Notes under the pieces: generated by a model
Told to the model about the DNA's origin: nothing
What the model saw: the letters and a program-made list of their open reading frames with translations, nothing else
Database searches by the model: none
Shown here: positions 9,916 to 21,462 of the stretch, piece after piece
How positions within the stretch are numbered: the first letter of the stretch is position 1
How the letters are laid out: each line of letters starts with the position of its first letter
From: an uncultured Methanoregulaceae archaeon
Lineage (GTDB): Archaea > Halobacteriota > Methanomicrobia > Methanomicrobiales > Methanospirillaceae
DNA length: 64,000 nucleotides
Assembly (NCBI GenBank): GCA_963717525.1
Contig: OY970343.1
Location: 1,920,001 to 1,984,000, forward strand
Reading direction: 5' to 3'
Position numbers and translations under genes: made by a program

Positions 9916-11346
9916 TTATGTGGTCTCTGCTTCGAACGATTCAAGCCGGGACTGGAAGGTCCCGTCCACAAAATCCACCTGCCGGGGGTTTGCAGTTTCG
10001 CCATCGATGGGCAGGGGGTAGCAGCCGGTAAGGCAGCCCGTACAGAGATCGTCGCGATCAAACCCGATCGCTTTCACGAGCGCGTCGAGCGAGATGTGGT
10101 GGAGCGAGGTAGCAGTAATAGAGCGACGAACCTCATCTTCCGCCTTGTCGCTTGCGATCAGCTCCTTCCGTGTCGGCATGTCCACACCCAGGTAGCAGGG
10201 AGCCTTAATCGCCGGCGACCCGATCCGCATGTGAACCTCCCGGGCGCCGGCATCCCGCATCATCTCGATGATGCGTTTCGATGTCGTACCCCGCACGATA
10301 CTGTCGTCGACAAGAACGACCGATTTTCCCCGGAGATGGGCCGGGATGGGGTTGAGCTTGATCCGTACTGCCCGCTCGCGTTCCTTCTGCGTTGGCATGA
10401 TAAAGGTACGGCCCATGTACCGGTTCTTCATGAGGCTCTCCATGAACGGGATCCGGGACCGTTCCGCGTACCCGATCGCGTACGCGGTCCCTGAATCCGG
10501 GACCGAACAGACCGAATCCGCAGCAACCGGTGCCTCCTCGTGGAGTTTCTGGCCGATGGTCCGCCGCACATCGTACACAAGCACCCCGTCGATGATCGCA
10601 TCTGCCCGTGCGAAGTAAATATATTCGAAGATACAGTGGGCGCGCCGGCCGGCGACCGCGATCTGCGTGCACCGGACGCCTTCATTGTCCATCCGGATCA
10701 GTTCCCCGGGTTTTATGTCACGCAGGAATTTTCCCCCCAGCGCATCGATCGCCACGCTCTCGGACGCCACGATGTACCCGTTCTCGATCTTTCCCAGGCA
10801 GAACGGTTTGATGCCGAGGGGATCGCGGAACGCGTAGATGACGCCATCGATCATGATCACGACCGAGTACGAACCCTGCATCCGTTTCATGCAGAGGTGG
10901 ACTGCATCCTCCACACAGCCTGATGCGCTGATCTCGTCTATGAGGATCTTTGCAATGATCTCCGTATCGGTGGTGGTGGTAAAGATCTGTCCAGCCTGTT
11001 CGTACTCCCGCCGGAGCTCGCAGGTGTTGACCAGGTTCCCGTTGTGGGCGACCGAGATGAAATGATCCTGGAACTGGAAGTTCAGGGGCTGTATATTCTC
11101 CGGCAGGTTTGCACCGGTCGTCGGGTACCGCACATGGCCGATACCGGCCGTGCCTTTAAGATCTTTTAAAACAGCAGGGGAAAAAACATCGGCGACAAGC
11201 CCCTGCCCCTTGAACTTACAGAGGCTTGTCCCGTCAAACGTGGATATTCCGGCGCTCTCCTGGCCACGATGCTGGAGGGCATACATGGCATAATAGAGCC
11301 GGATGGAAACACCGCCAGCATCGACGATGCCAACGATCCCACACAT
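9916..11346 (-). CDS. purF: amidophosphoribosyltransferase
   Basis: N-terminal MCGIVG, LQHRGQESAG, GHVRY, CIFEYIYFAR and VVLVDDSIVRGTT. Confidence 0.97.
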   Translation of the reverse strand: MCGIVGIVDAGGVSIRLYYAMYALQHRGQESAGISTFDGTSLCKFKGQGLVADVFSPAVLKDLKGTAGIGHVRYPTTGANLPENIQPLNFQFQDHFISVAHNGNLVNTCELRREYEQAGQIFTTTTDTEIIAKILIDEISASGCVEDAVHLCMKRMQGSYSVVIMIDGVIYAFRDPLGIKPFCLGKIENGYIVASESVAIDALGGKFLRDIKPGELIRMDNEGVRCTQIAVAGRRAHCIFEYIYFARADAIIDGVLVYDVRRTIGQKLHEEAPVAADSVCSVPDSGTAYAIGYAERSRIPFMESLMKNRYMGRTFIMPTQKERERAVRIKLNPIPAHLRGKSVVLVDDSIVRGTTSKRIIEMMRDAGAREVHMRIGSPAIKAPCYLGVDMPTRKELIASDKAEDEVRRSITATSLHHISLDALVKAIGFDRDDLCTGCLTGCYPLPIDGETANPRQVDFVDGTFQSRLESFEAETT

Positions 11347-11355
11347 GGTACTGCT

Positions 11356-11538
11356 CTAATGCGTTGGAGTTTTTGGTCTCTTGCTGTGCCACTTATAGCT
11401 CTGCATCTTGGTGCTTCTTCCAAATCCGCAGGAAGAGCAGACTTTCTTCTGGGCATGGAACGAGATTTTGCCACAGCGCCTGCAGGCGATATGGGTCATC
11501 TTGTTCATCTTGCCCATTGACGGAGTGCCTTTTGACAT
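11356..11538 (-). CDS. rpl37e: 50S ribosomal protein L37e
   Basis: [13 protein letters not shown] and CSSCGF zinc finger. Confidence 0.95.
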   Translation of the reverse strand: MSKGTPSMGKMNKMTHIACRRCGKISFHAQKKVCSSCGFGRSTKMQSYKWHSKRPKTPTH

Positions 11539-11549
11539 ACTATTTCACC

Positions 11550-12490
<941 letters not shown>

Positions 12491-12582
12491 CATTTCTGAA
12501 ATGAAAAATAAAGATGAAAAATCGGGCCATTTTTGCCTTTTACATCGATACTATTAAATAATTTTCTTCGTACAGTTTTTTT

Positions 12583-12951
12583 ATGGTTAAGATCATTGAC
12601 ACACTTTTAGGAAAAAATTCCACCAGTTCCGACGATGAGTATATGGATCTGGACCTTAGTTCCTATGAGGAGCATGGCAGGGATTCTCCCGCGCTCCTGG
12701 TCAAGATTGCAACGATTGGCGATCTCAAGGACACGCCGCGGGTCAAGGACGAGGTTTATAACGGCAATATCGTGATCGTCGATATCTCGCGCCTGAAGAT
12801 GGACAAGATCTCCTACGAACGCGTCTTAAAGGACTTAAAAGAAGTAGCAAAGGACGTTAACGGGGACATCATCGGTCTTGGCGACCAGCGGTACGTCGTT
12901 CTCACCCCGATGTCGGTCAAGATCTCACGCGACAAGATTGGCGGGGCATAA
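12583..12951 (+). CDS. sepF: cell division protein SepF
   Basis: EVYNGNIVIVDI, GDI and VVLTP, matching the archaeal SepF core. Confidence 0.85.
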   Translation: MVKIIDTLLGKNSTSSDDEYMDLDLSSYEEHGRDSPALLVKIATIGDLKDTPRVKDEVYNGNIVIVDISRLKMDKISYERVLKDLKEVAKDVNGDIIGLGDQRYVVLTPMSVKISRDKIGGA

Positions 12952-12955
12952 CGCG

Positions 12956-13495
12956 GTGCGCACCATCGTCCCGGGACCGTGTCCATATTGCAATACTGAG
13001 ATAGAATACCTCTACAAGACGGAAAATATTCCCTATTTTTCTGATATCCTTATCATCTCTGCCATCTGCCCGTCCTGCGGGTACCGGTTCGTGGACACGC
13101 AGCTCCTCAAAAATGCCGATCCGGTGCGGTACGAACTCCGGGTTGAGACCCGCGAAGATCTTGATGTTCGTGTGGTCCGGAGCATGACCGCACGCATTGA
13201 GATCCCGGAGCTCGGCGTCCGGATCGATCCGGGCCCGGCCTGCGAGGGATTCGTGACGAACGTTGAAGGCGTGCTCGACCGGATCGCCCAAGCCATCCGG
13301 ACCGCAATACGGGATGGCGACGAGACCGAGAGGGAGAACGGGCGCGTGCTCCTTGATCGGATCGAATGCATCAAGGCCGGGAAGATGCCGGTGACCGTGA
13401 TCCTCCAGGACCCGATGGGGAACAGCGTGCTCGTCTCGGATAAGGCACAGAAGACACCCTTTGCGGAAGACGAGCCGGAAGCGTGCAGCGAGTGA
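12956..13495 (+). CDS. ZPR1 zinc-finger protein
   Basis: CPYC...IPYF...CPSCGY, IPELG, GFVTNVEGVL and DPMGNS; GTG start at 12956. Confidence 0.9.
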   Translation: MRTIVPGPCPYCNTEIEYLYKTENIPYFSDILIISAICPSCGYRFVDTQLLKNADPVRYELRVETREDLDVRVVRSMTARIEIPELGVRIDPGPACEGFVTNVEGVLDRIAQAIRTAIRDGDETERENGRVLLDRIECIKAGKMPVTVILQDPMGNSVLVSDKAQKTPFAEDEPEACSE

Positions 13496-13582
13496 GGCCA
13501 GGATTTTTACCAGCCGGGTGTGCTGTTTTTTTATAACGTTGCGGGATCCGATCCTGCAGGTCAGGGGCCGATCTCCCCCATG

Positions 13583-14020
13583 TCACTTACGATTGGCATC
13601 CGGGTTTTTCTTCAGAAACGCCCCTACCGTAAAACGATTCGGATCATGGGTTTCCCGGACATTCTCCCCTTCATAAGTCCGGTCATGTTTTTGCAAAAGG
13701 GACCGCAGGGATTTCTTCAGTTTGTCCGGGCGCTTTGCGATCTTGGATCGCAACACCGGTTTCAGGATGATCCCCTCCTCTGCCTCGTGGTAATGCTCTG
13801 TACAGAGAACGACAAGAAGCTGCGCCGGGTTATCATCAGGCCGGTGCGGGGAGCGTGAAAGCATGCCAAGCAAAAAAACCTCGAGCTCATCGGGTGGGCA
13901 TACGCGATCGCAGTACTCGCACTTCCCGACCAGTTCCCGGACCTGCTTCTTTGTCTTTGTTGAAAGAGCGATGCGGCTTCGTTTGGGTATGCTGCGATCC
14001 GATGCGAAATCACTGGTCAT
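13583..14020 (-). CDS. hypothetical zinc-binding protein, degenerate HNH-like
   Basis: CEYC...LEV...LVVLCTEHYH arrangement resembles HNH/McrA zinc ligands. Confidence 0.65.
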   Translation of the reverse strand: MTSDFASDRSIPKRSRIALSTKTKKQVRELVGKCEYCDRVCPPDELEVFLLGMLSRSPHRPDDNPAQLLVVLCTEHYHEAEEGIILKPVLRSKIAKRPDKLKKSLRSLLQKHDRTYEGENVRETHDPNRFTVGAFLKKNPDANRK

Positions 14021-14085
14021 CTGTCCCTCACTTCAGGATCCTGCATTTTTCCCCGGACACGAGGCAGGGGAGGATCTGCTGGCGT

Positions 14086-15084
14086 CTACGTGACCTGCAG
14101 ATCCCCGAGCCATGCACCTGATTTCTTGGTCACTTCGCCAACCACCCGGGCGCCTTTCACCATCGTTGTCACCGTGTCCACGGATGCCGGAGGCACGACA
14201 TAGGCGTACCCCATCCCCATGTTGAAGGTGCGGTACATCTCGGCATCGGAGATCTTCCCGGTCTCCTGGATCCACCGGAAGATCGCAGGCGGCTGGAGCG
14301 GAGCATCGAACCGGAAGCCAAACGGGCAGAGCCGCAGGAAATTCAGCAGCCCCCCGCCCGTGATATGGCACATGCCGTGTATGGTGCAGCGATCGGCTAC
14401 CGCGAGGCTCTCGTGGTAAATCCGGGTCGGCGTGAGCAGTTCACGGCCGAGCGTCTTTCCGGTGCTTAGTTTTTCGTCATAGTCCGCATACTTCTCCACG
14501 ATCATCCGCGCAAGCGAGAGACCGTTGCTGTGGATGCCGGTGGACGGGACGCCAATAATTTTGTCACCGGGCCGGATCTTCTCGCCGGTCACGATCCGGT
14601 CCTTTGCCTGCACGCCCACGCAGGTACCGGCAAGATCAAGGCCGTTTACAAGCCCTTTGAGCGATGCGGTCTCGCCGCCCACGATATCGATGTTCGCCTG
14701 ACGCGCCCCTTCGTTCAGGCCAATGCCGATCTGAGCCATCTTCTCCACCGAGAGCCGGTCGGTGGCGATGTAATCGACAAAAGCGATCGGCTCCATGTGC
14801 ATCACGTAGAGATCGTTCACGTTCATCGCGATGCAGTCGATCCCGACCGTGCTCCAGTCCGCGAGTCTGTCGGCCACAAGCATCTTGGTCCCCACGCCGT
14901 CAGTCGTGAGCGCGAGGGCATGCGTACCGAAATCGATCAGGCCGGCGAAGTGGCCGACGTTCCCGAGCATGGTGTGGTGGCCTTTCCGACGGAATGTCAG
15001 GTTTCTGATGAGCGCCTTTATCGCGGTTGCTTCGAGGTCAATATCGACCCCGGCTTCACTGTACGCGTTCTTTGTCACTCGCAT
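14086..15084 (-). CDS. purM: phosphoribosylformylglycinamidine cyclo-ligase (AIR synthetase)
   Basis: YSEAGVDI, DGVGTK, GGETA, GIHSNG, HITGGG and RTFNMG. Confidence 0.96.
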   Translation of the reverse strand: MRVTKNAYSEAGVDIDLEATAIKALIRNLTFRRKGHHTMLGNVGHFAGLIDFGTHALALTTDGVGTKMLVADRLADWSTVGIDCIAMNVNDLYVMHMEPIAFVDYIATDRLSVEKMAQIGIGLNEGARQANIDIVGGETASLKGLVNGLDLAGTCVGVQAKDRIVTGEKIRPGDKIIGVPSTGIHSNGLSLARMIVEKYADYDEKLSTGKTLGRELLTPTRIYHESLAVADRCTIHGMCHITGGGLLNFLRLCPFGFRFDAPLQPPAIFRWIQETGKISDAEMYRTFNMGMGYAYVVPPASVDTVTTMVKGARVVGEVTKKSGAWLGDLQVT

Positions 15085-16472
15085 TCCTCCGAAAGCCGGA
15101 ACTCGTCGTGCAGCACACGGACCGCACGCGGCCCGTCTTCCTGCCGGACCACAAACGAGATGTTCGCCTCGCTTGAGCCCTGCGAGATCATCATCACGTT
15201 CACTCCGGCCAAGCCAAGGGCGGTGAAGATACGACCGCCCGTACCTGCGGCGCCGGCCATCCCGGCCCCGACCACAGCAACGGCACAGACATCCCTGTTG
15301 TTCGTCACTTCCCGTACGATCCCATCGGTGACGAGGAACGAGAGTGCGTCTACCGCAGCGTCAAGGTGGGACTCATCAACAATAAGCGATATGTTGGCCT
15401 CACTTGAGCCCTGCGAGATCATCATCACGTTCACTTCCCTGTCGGCAAGTGCGGAGAAGATCGCCTTTGCAACGCCCGGCCTCCCGATCATCTGGGCTCC
15501 GTTGATGTTGATCGAGGCAACCTTCTCAATGTACGTGAGTGCCTTTACCACCCGGCTGTCCCGGTAACCGTTTCTCACGATCATGGTGCCGGGGTGGGTG
15601 GGGTTGAAGGTGTTTTTTACCCGGACAAGGATGTTCTTTCTCATCGCGGGATCGATCGAGCGGGGATGCATGACTTTTGCGCCGAAGTACGAGAGCTCCA
15701 TGACCTCGATGTACGACACGCTTTTTAACACCCGGGCATCGTTGATCACCCGGGGATCGGAGGTCATAATCCCATCCACATCAGTCCAGATCCAGATCTC
15801 GTCCGCATCGATCCCGGCACCTATGATGGACGCGGAGTAGTCAGAACCGCTCCGGCCAAGCGTGGTGAGGATCCCGTTCTCGGTACAGCCCATGAACCCC
15901 ATGATGACCGGGATCTCTTTTTTTAAGAGCGGCACGATCTTCTTTTTGATCTGCTCATCACTCCGGGGCAGAGCGGTGGCTTCGCCATGCTGGGGGGTAG
16001 TGAGGATGCCGGCCTCGCAGCCGTCGAACACGGTCGAGGGGATGCCGCGCTGGCGGAGGGCGGCGCCCACAACCGGCGCAAGCAGCCGCTCGCCATACGA
16101 GATGATGTAGTCCTTGGACCGGGGGGTGAGCTCCCGGAGATTGTGGACCGCAGAGAGGATGTGCTGGAGGCTTGCGAGACGCTTCTCGATGACCTCCCCA
16201 ACCTCTTTCACATAATCCGGTGCGGCCCCGGCAAGCGAGGTCATGTGCCGCTCCCGGAGGTGGGCGATAAGGGGAGAGACCTCGGCGCAGTCTTTTGCCG
16301 CAGGGAGTTTTTCTGCAATGGTGATGAGCTGGTCAGTCACGCCCCGCTGCGCAGAAACCACAACCGCCACTTCGTCGCCGGCCTTATGGTGTTCTTCGAG
16401 AATGTCCACCACACGCCCGATACACTGCGCATCGGCAACGGATGTCCCGCCAAATTTCATTAAAAATCTCAT
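15075..16472 (-). CDS. lysC: aspartate kinase
   Basis: MKFGGTSV, TLGRSGSDYS and WTDVDG, plus two ACT domains (MISQGSSE). Confidence 0.95.
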   Translation of the reverse strand: MRFLMKFGGTSVADAQCIGRVVDILEEHHKAGDEVAVVVSAQRGVTDQLITIAEKLPAAKDCAEVSPLIAHLRERHMTSLAGAAPDYVKEVGEVIEKRLASLQHILSAVHNLRELTPRSKDYIISYGERLLAPVVGAALRQRGIPSTVFDGCEAGILTTPQHGEATALPRSDEQIKKKIVPLLKKEIPVIMGFMGCTENGILTTLGRSGSDYSASIIGAGIDADEIWIWTDVDGIMTSDPRVINDARVLKSVSYIEVMELSYFGAKVMHPRSIDPAMRKNILVRVKNTFNPTHPGTMIVRNGYRDSRVVKALTYIEKVASININGAQMIGRPGVAKAIFSALADREVNVMMISQGSSEANISLIVDESHLDAAVDALSFLVTDGIVREVTNNRDVCAVAVVGAGMAGAAGTGGRIFTALGLAGVNVMMISQGSSEANISFVVRQEDGPRAVRVLHDEFRLSEECE

Positions 16473-16533
16473 GTCGGTTCACTCTGGCATGTACCATTTA
16501 TTTATGTAACTATACGACGCACAGAATTATAAT

Positions 16534-18161
16534 ATGCGTGCAGGTGACGTGGTGGACTGCCACGTGCTGGTGATCGGCAGCGGCGGCGCGGGCGTGCGGG
16601 CGGCGATCGAGGCGGCCCGGTACGGTGAGACCGTGCTCGTCTCCAAGACCATCGCGGGAAAGGGAGGGTGCACTCCTATGGCCGAAGGGGGGTACAACGC
16701 GGTACTGCGACAGGAGGACTCCTGCGAGATCCACTACGAGGACACTCTGCGTGGGGGCGCATTCCTCAACGAGCCGGACCTCGTCAGGATCCTCGTGAAA
16801 GAATCCCCACAGCGGATCGATGACCTGATCCGGTGGGGGGCGGTCTTTGACTTCTCCAATGAGTGCGAGCTCGCACAGCGCCCGTTCGGCGGACAGAGGT
16901 TCCCCCGGACCTGCTACGCGGGGGACCGGACCGGCCACGAGATGATGATGACACTTATCGAGCGCTTCGACTCTTCCGGCGCGACAAAAATGGAGGAGGT
17001 GACCGTCATCGATCTGCTCAAAGAGGGCGACCGGGTGATCGGTGCTTTTGCCCTTGATGAGAATGGGGACCCCATCGTTATCACCGCAGACAGCACCATC
17101 CTTGCGACTGGCGGGGGGGCACGGGTTTACGACATCTCCACAAACTCTTCAAGCGGCACTGGCGACGGCTTTGCCATGGGTTACAGGGCCGGGGCAGAAC
17201 TGATCGATATGGAGATGGTGCAGTTCCACCCGACCGGTGCGGTGTACCCGTACGATGCACGGGGCAGGCTTATCACGGAAGCGGTCCGGGGTGAAGGAGG
17301 AGTTCTTAAAAACGCCCTTGGCGAACGGTTCATGAAGCGGTACGACCCGGTGCGGATGGAGCTCTCGACCCGGGACGTTGTCTCCCGTGCGATCGCAACC
17401 GAGATCGCAAACGGACGGGGCACGCCCCATGGTGGGGTGTTCCTTGACATTACGCATCTCCCCAGAGAGCAGATAGAGACCCGGCTCCGGTGATGCTCGA
17501 ACAGTTCCTGACATTTGGTGTGGACATCCGGACACAGCCGATGGAGGTCGCTCCCACCGCCCACCACATCATGGGTGGCCTGAAGATCACTTCGGATTGT
17601 TCGACAACCGTCCCGGGTCTCTTTGCCTGCGGCGAAACCTCCGGCGGCGTGCAGGGTGCAAACCGGCTGGGGGGAAATGCTCTTGCCGAGACCCAAGTCT
17701 TCGGGAAGCGCGCCGGCGAGTTTCCCGGCCAGAAAGAGAAACGGGTAAAAAGGATCGATCCAGCACAGGTGTCACAGGTTCAGGCACGTATCGAAAGTTT
17801 CTTTTGCGGGACCGAAAACCCGGCGCGGGTCCGGAAGGAACTCCAGTGTGCGATGTGGCAGGGCGCGGGTATTTTCCGGGACGAACCCGGGCTTAAAGAT
17901 GCGCTTGCCACGGCAGAGCGCCTCCTCCGGGCACCGATTCAGGCGATCTCCCCCGCAGGTGTTGCGGAATGCTGTATTGTCAGGAACATGTGCCTCACTT
18001 CGCGACTCATCTGCCGTTCGGCCCTGATCCGGCCCGAATCCCGAGGGGCTGACATGCGGGTGGATATCGTTCAGAACTGGGACGCGGAACACTCGCCCTA
18101 CGGGCACACGTATATCTCGGAGCACCGCGAGGGCATAGTCAGGCACGGGGTGATCGCGTGA
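16534..18161 (+). CDS. tfrA: thiol:fumarate reductase flavoprotein subunit A, frameshifted near 17487
   Basis: GSGGAG, MAEGG, QFHPT, EAVRGEGG, then PTAHH and GANRLGGN; halves join by adding one C (CTC CCG GTG ATG). Confidence 0.88.
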
Positions 18162-19625
18162 AGGATCTCCGGGTGACGGTCCTGCGATTTGATACCAAAA
18201 AGGATCCTGCGCCACATCCTGAGACGTACACCGTGCGCATCAATGAGGGCGCCCGGGTCCTGCACGTCCTGCACGCAATCCACGACGAGATTGATCCCAC
18301 GCTCTCGTACCGGTACTGCTGTGGGTCAGGGCAGTGCGGGAGCTGTGCAGTGCGGGTTGACGGCGAGCCGGTGCTCGCGTGCATGAAGGAAGCGACCGAC
18401 GGCATCACGATCACCCCGCTGAACCTCCCGGTTAAAAAGGATCTGGTGGTGGATCTCCTCCCGAAAATTGCAACAATTGCGTCGCTTGTCCCGGCGCAGG
18501 GGGAGGCCATGCAGCTGCCCACGATAGCGCAGATCGAGGAGATAAAACCGCTCCGGGATTGCATCGAGTGCCTGGCGTGCGTCTCTGTCTGCCCGGCCAT
18601 GGACGTCACGAGTTTCCTTGGGCCCACTGCGATGCGGCAGGAAATGCGGCTTGCACTCGATCCCCGCGACACCGGATCCCGTGTACCGGATGCGGTCCGC
18701 GACGGACTTTTCACCTGCACGAGCTGCCAGGCCTGCTTTGTGGCCTGCCCCAAAAAGATCCAGATCCCGGGAAAAGCGATCGAGAATCTGAGGGCGCTCG
18801 CAAACCGGCAGGGGTTCACCCTGCCCCGGCACCAGGAGGTCGCGGCCCTTATCAAAGAGACCGGGCGCAGCGTTGTCAGAACCGCACCGTCTTTCATGGA
18901 GCAGGTCGGCACGACTATCGAGCCGAATGGGCCGGTGAAAGCCACGGTGGGATTCTTTGTCGGCTGCATGTACAACCTGCGCCAGCAGCAGTCCGCACTC
19001 GATGCGATCGAGATACTCAGGAGAAACGGCATCCGCGTGATCATCCCCCGCGACCAGATCTGCTGTGGTTCGCCTTTGATCCGCACCGGCCAGCTGGATT
19101 ATGTCGATACGCTCAAAAAACGCAACATCGATGCGTTCCGGACCCGGGGGATCGATACCGTGATGACGATGTGCGCCGGGTGTGGATCGACCCTCAAGCA
19201 CGACTATGTAACTCCGTTTAAGGTCATGGACATCAACGAGATCCTGACAAAATACGGGATCGAACTGCCGGCAAAGCTCCCGCTCACGGCGACCTACCAC
19301 GACCCCTGCCACTTAATGAGGGGACAAGGCGTAAAAGAGGAGCCCCGGGCAGCTGATCCGGCAGGTGGTCGATCTTGTCGAGATGCCGGCCATCTGCTGC
19401 GGGTCCGGCGGCGGGGTAAAGTCCGGCCTTCCTGAGGAAGCGGCAGCCCTCGGGGAGAGGCGGCGCGAAGAGATCCGGAAGACCGGGGCCGATATCGTGA
19501 TCACCTCCTGCCCGTTCTGTGAGTTCCATATCGCAAGCCATTCTGACAAGCCGGTGAAAAATATCATGACCGTACTGCTCGAAGGGTACCGTGAGAAGGA
19601 CCGGCTGGCAGAAAAGAAGAAGTGA
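18158..19625 (+). CDS. tfrB: thiol:fumarate reductase Fe-S subunit B, frameshifted near 19348
   Basis: 2Fe-2S CGSGQCGSC, two 4Fe-4S CxxCxxCxxxCP motifs and two CCG domains; joined by removing one G in CCCCGGGCAG. Confidence 0.88.
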
Positions 19626-20006
19626 TCTCCTTTTTTTAATCGACCATTTTTCCATGTTGAAAGAAACAGGGCCTAGACACCTCCCCAATCTCTGAACTTT
19701 CCCCGGTAAATCTGGGCCCAATCTGGTCTCCGATTTCCCGTTTCCGGACCCGGATCTTATCTCCACAGGAACCGATGTCCACGCCCCTAGAAAATCCTGA
19801 TTTAATCGCTTATTTTTAAAAATGCCTCGATTTAAGGGCCACTTGAACCTGCATAATAGCAGGCTTCTGTTGGCAGGGTTTCTGGAGAGGTCCTGAGGGT
19901 CATCTGATCGGGAGATCGGCCGCCCGGAGGCCGCTATGAGCGTTTTTCAATTTTACGTCGGAGAAATCAATTAGAGAGGGTGGAATCGACGGTGAATTAT
20001 AGTCAG

Positions 20007-20062
20007 AAAACGCTCTTGGGGGCTACCGCCCCCCTTTGGGAGCAGGGCTGGTGTAAGGGGGG
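20007..20062 (+). repeat. structured intergenic repeat, copy B (internally deleted)
   Basis: AAAACGCTCTTGGGGGCTACCGCCCCC fused directly to the 3' part GCAGGGCTGGTGTAAGGGGGG, which matches the end of copy A. Confidence 0.7.
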
Positions 20063-20199
20063 TGCGGATCGCGTCTGCATTTTTCCAACTTTCGCAAGCG
20101 ATCTTTTTGAAAATTTCGGGCGCGAAAGTTCGTACACCACAAAAATTTCCGGTAAGAAACGGTTCGGGCCGCAAAAAAAGGGGGTTCAGTCCAGCTTCA

Positions 20200-21339
20200 T
20201 CAGGGTACTCGGTACGCTTCAAGCGCCGCCTTTGCCCCGTCACCGGCTGCAATAATGATCTGCTTGCTTTTTACCGAGGTCACGTCACCTGCTGCAAAGA
20301 GGCCGGACCGGCTCGTGCGGCCATCGATGTCCACGACGATCTCCTTGTTAGCGTTGAGTTCTACCAGCCCATCCAGGATATCCGTGTTCGGCGTCCACCC
20401 GACCTCGATAAAAACCCCGTCCACTTCGATGCGCTGATCTCCCTGACCCTCAGTGGTGATGGTGATGTACTGGAGGAACGGGTCTCCGGCAAGCGCGGTG
20501 ATCTGCGCGTGGAGGTGCACGGTGATATTCTTTATTCCCTCGAGCTTCCTGACATACACCGGATCCGCCTTGATCGTGCTGCGGACGATCAGGCTCACCG
20601 ATGACGCGATCCCGCTCATTTCGACTGCGGTCTGGAGTGCCGAGTTGCCTCCGCCGACCACCGCGACCTTCTTCCCCTTGTAGAGCGGGCCATCGCAGGT
20701 CGAACAGATGGAGAGGCCTCGCCCGAGATACTTCTCCTCGTCTTTTACCCCGAGTTTCCGCGGCTGTTTTCCCTGGGTCAGAATCAGGCTCTTTGCCTTT
20801 ACCGTAATCCCGGACACGGTCGTGACGGCAAACAGGTTCTCCTCGGGAGTGATGCTGCTCACCCGGTCAAGTTCCAGCCGCACATCGAGGGTCCGTACCT
20901 GTTCCTCGAACTTTTTCATCAGGTCTTCACCGGTAATCATCCGGTAGCCCATATAGTTCTCGATCGCCCATGACTCCAGCGCCTGGCCGCCGATGCTTTC
21001 CGAAACGACAAGAGTCTTCAGGAGCTTGCGTGCGCAATATACCGCAGCGGTCAGCCCGGCCGGGCCGGCACCCACGATCACAACATCGTAGGTTTCGCTA
21101 GAAACATGGGTGCCAAAGAGCTCGTTGAGCCGCTTGGAATCAAAACCGACAATAACCTCGTCGTCGACCATGATAACCGGCACGCCACGCTGGCCCGACA
21201 GCGCGATCATTTTCTCTGCCGCCACAGCATCGACACCGACGTCTATGTTGGTATACCGGACGCCCTGCTTGTCGAGAAACACTTTGGCCATCCGGCAGTA
21301 CGGGCAGTTCCTGGTGGAATAAACGGTGACCGTGCTCAT
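20200..21339 (-). CDS. trxB: glutaredoxin/NrdH-fused thioredoxin reductase
   Basis: N-terminal CPYC...GVP glutaredoxin domain; GAGPAG, CSTC, GGGNSA and AAGD; the true stop is probably 20186 after two C-run indels. Confidence 0.88.
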   Translation of the reverse strand: MSTVTVYSTRNCPYCRMAKVFLDKQGVRYTNIDVGVDAVAAEKMIALSGQRGVPVIMVDDEVIVGFDSKRLNELFGTHVSSETYDVVIVGAGPAGLTAAVYCARKLLKTLVVSESIGGQALESWAIENYMGYRMITGEDLMKKFEEQVRTLDVRLELDRVSSITPEENLFAVTTVSGITVKAKSLILTQGKQPRKLGVKDEEKYLGRGLSICSTCDGPLYKGKKVAVVGGGNSALQTAVEMSGIASSVSLIVRSTIKADPVYVRKLEGIKNITVHLHAQITALAGDPFLQYITITTEGQGDQRIEVDGVFIEVGWTPNTDILDGLVELNANKEIVVDIDGRTSRSGLFAAGDVTSVKSKQIIIAAGDGAKAALEAYRVP

Positions 21340-21462
21340 CAATGCGAAAAGGTTAGCGGCCGATATAAAGATTATGCCGTTTCCATGGGAATGCGGCGTC
21401 AATCGCAAATTTCTTTTCCCGCAAGCCCCAATACCCCTCCATACAAGGAACAGGATCCAGCC

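Noticed and set aside
9561..10061. N-terminal extension of the 404-aa methyltransferase ORF
   Set aside because: It runs through the repeat and the purF end; homology begins at MEHIRKAF (9560)
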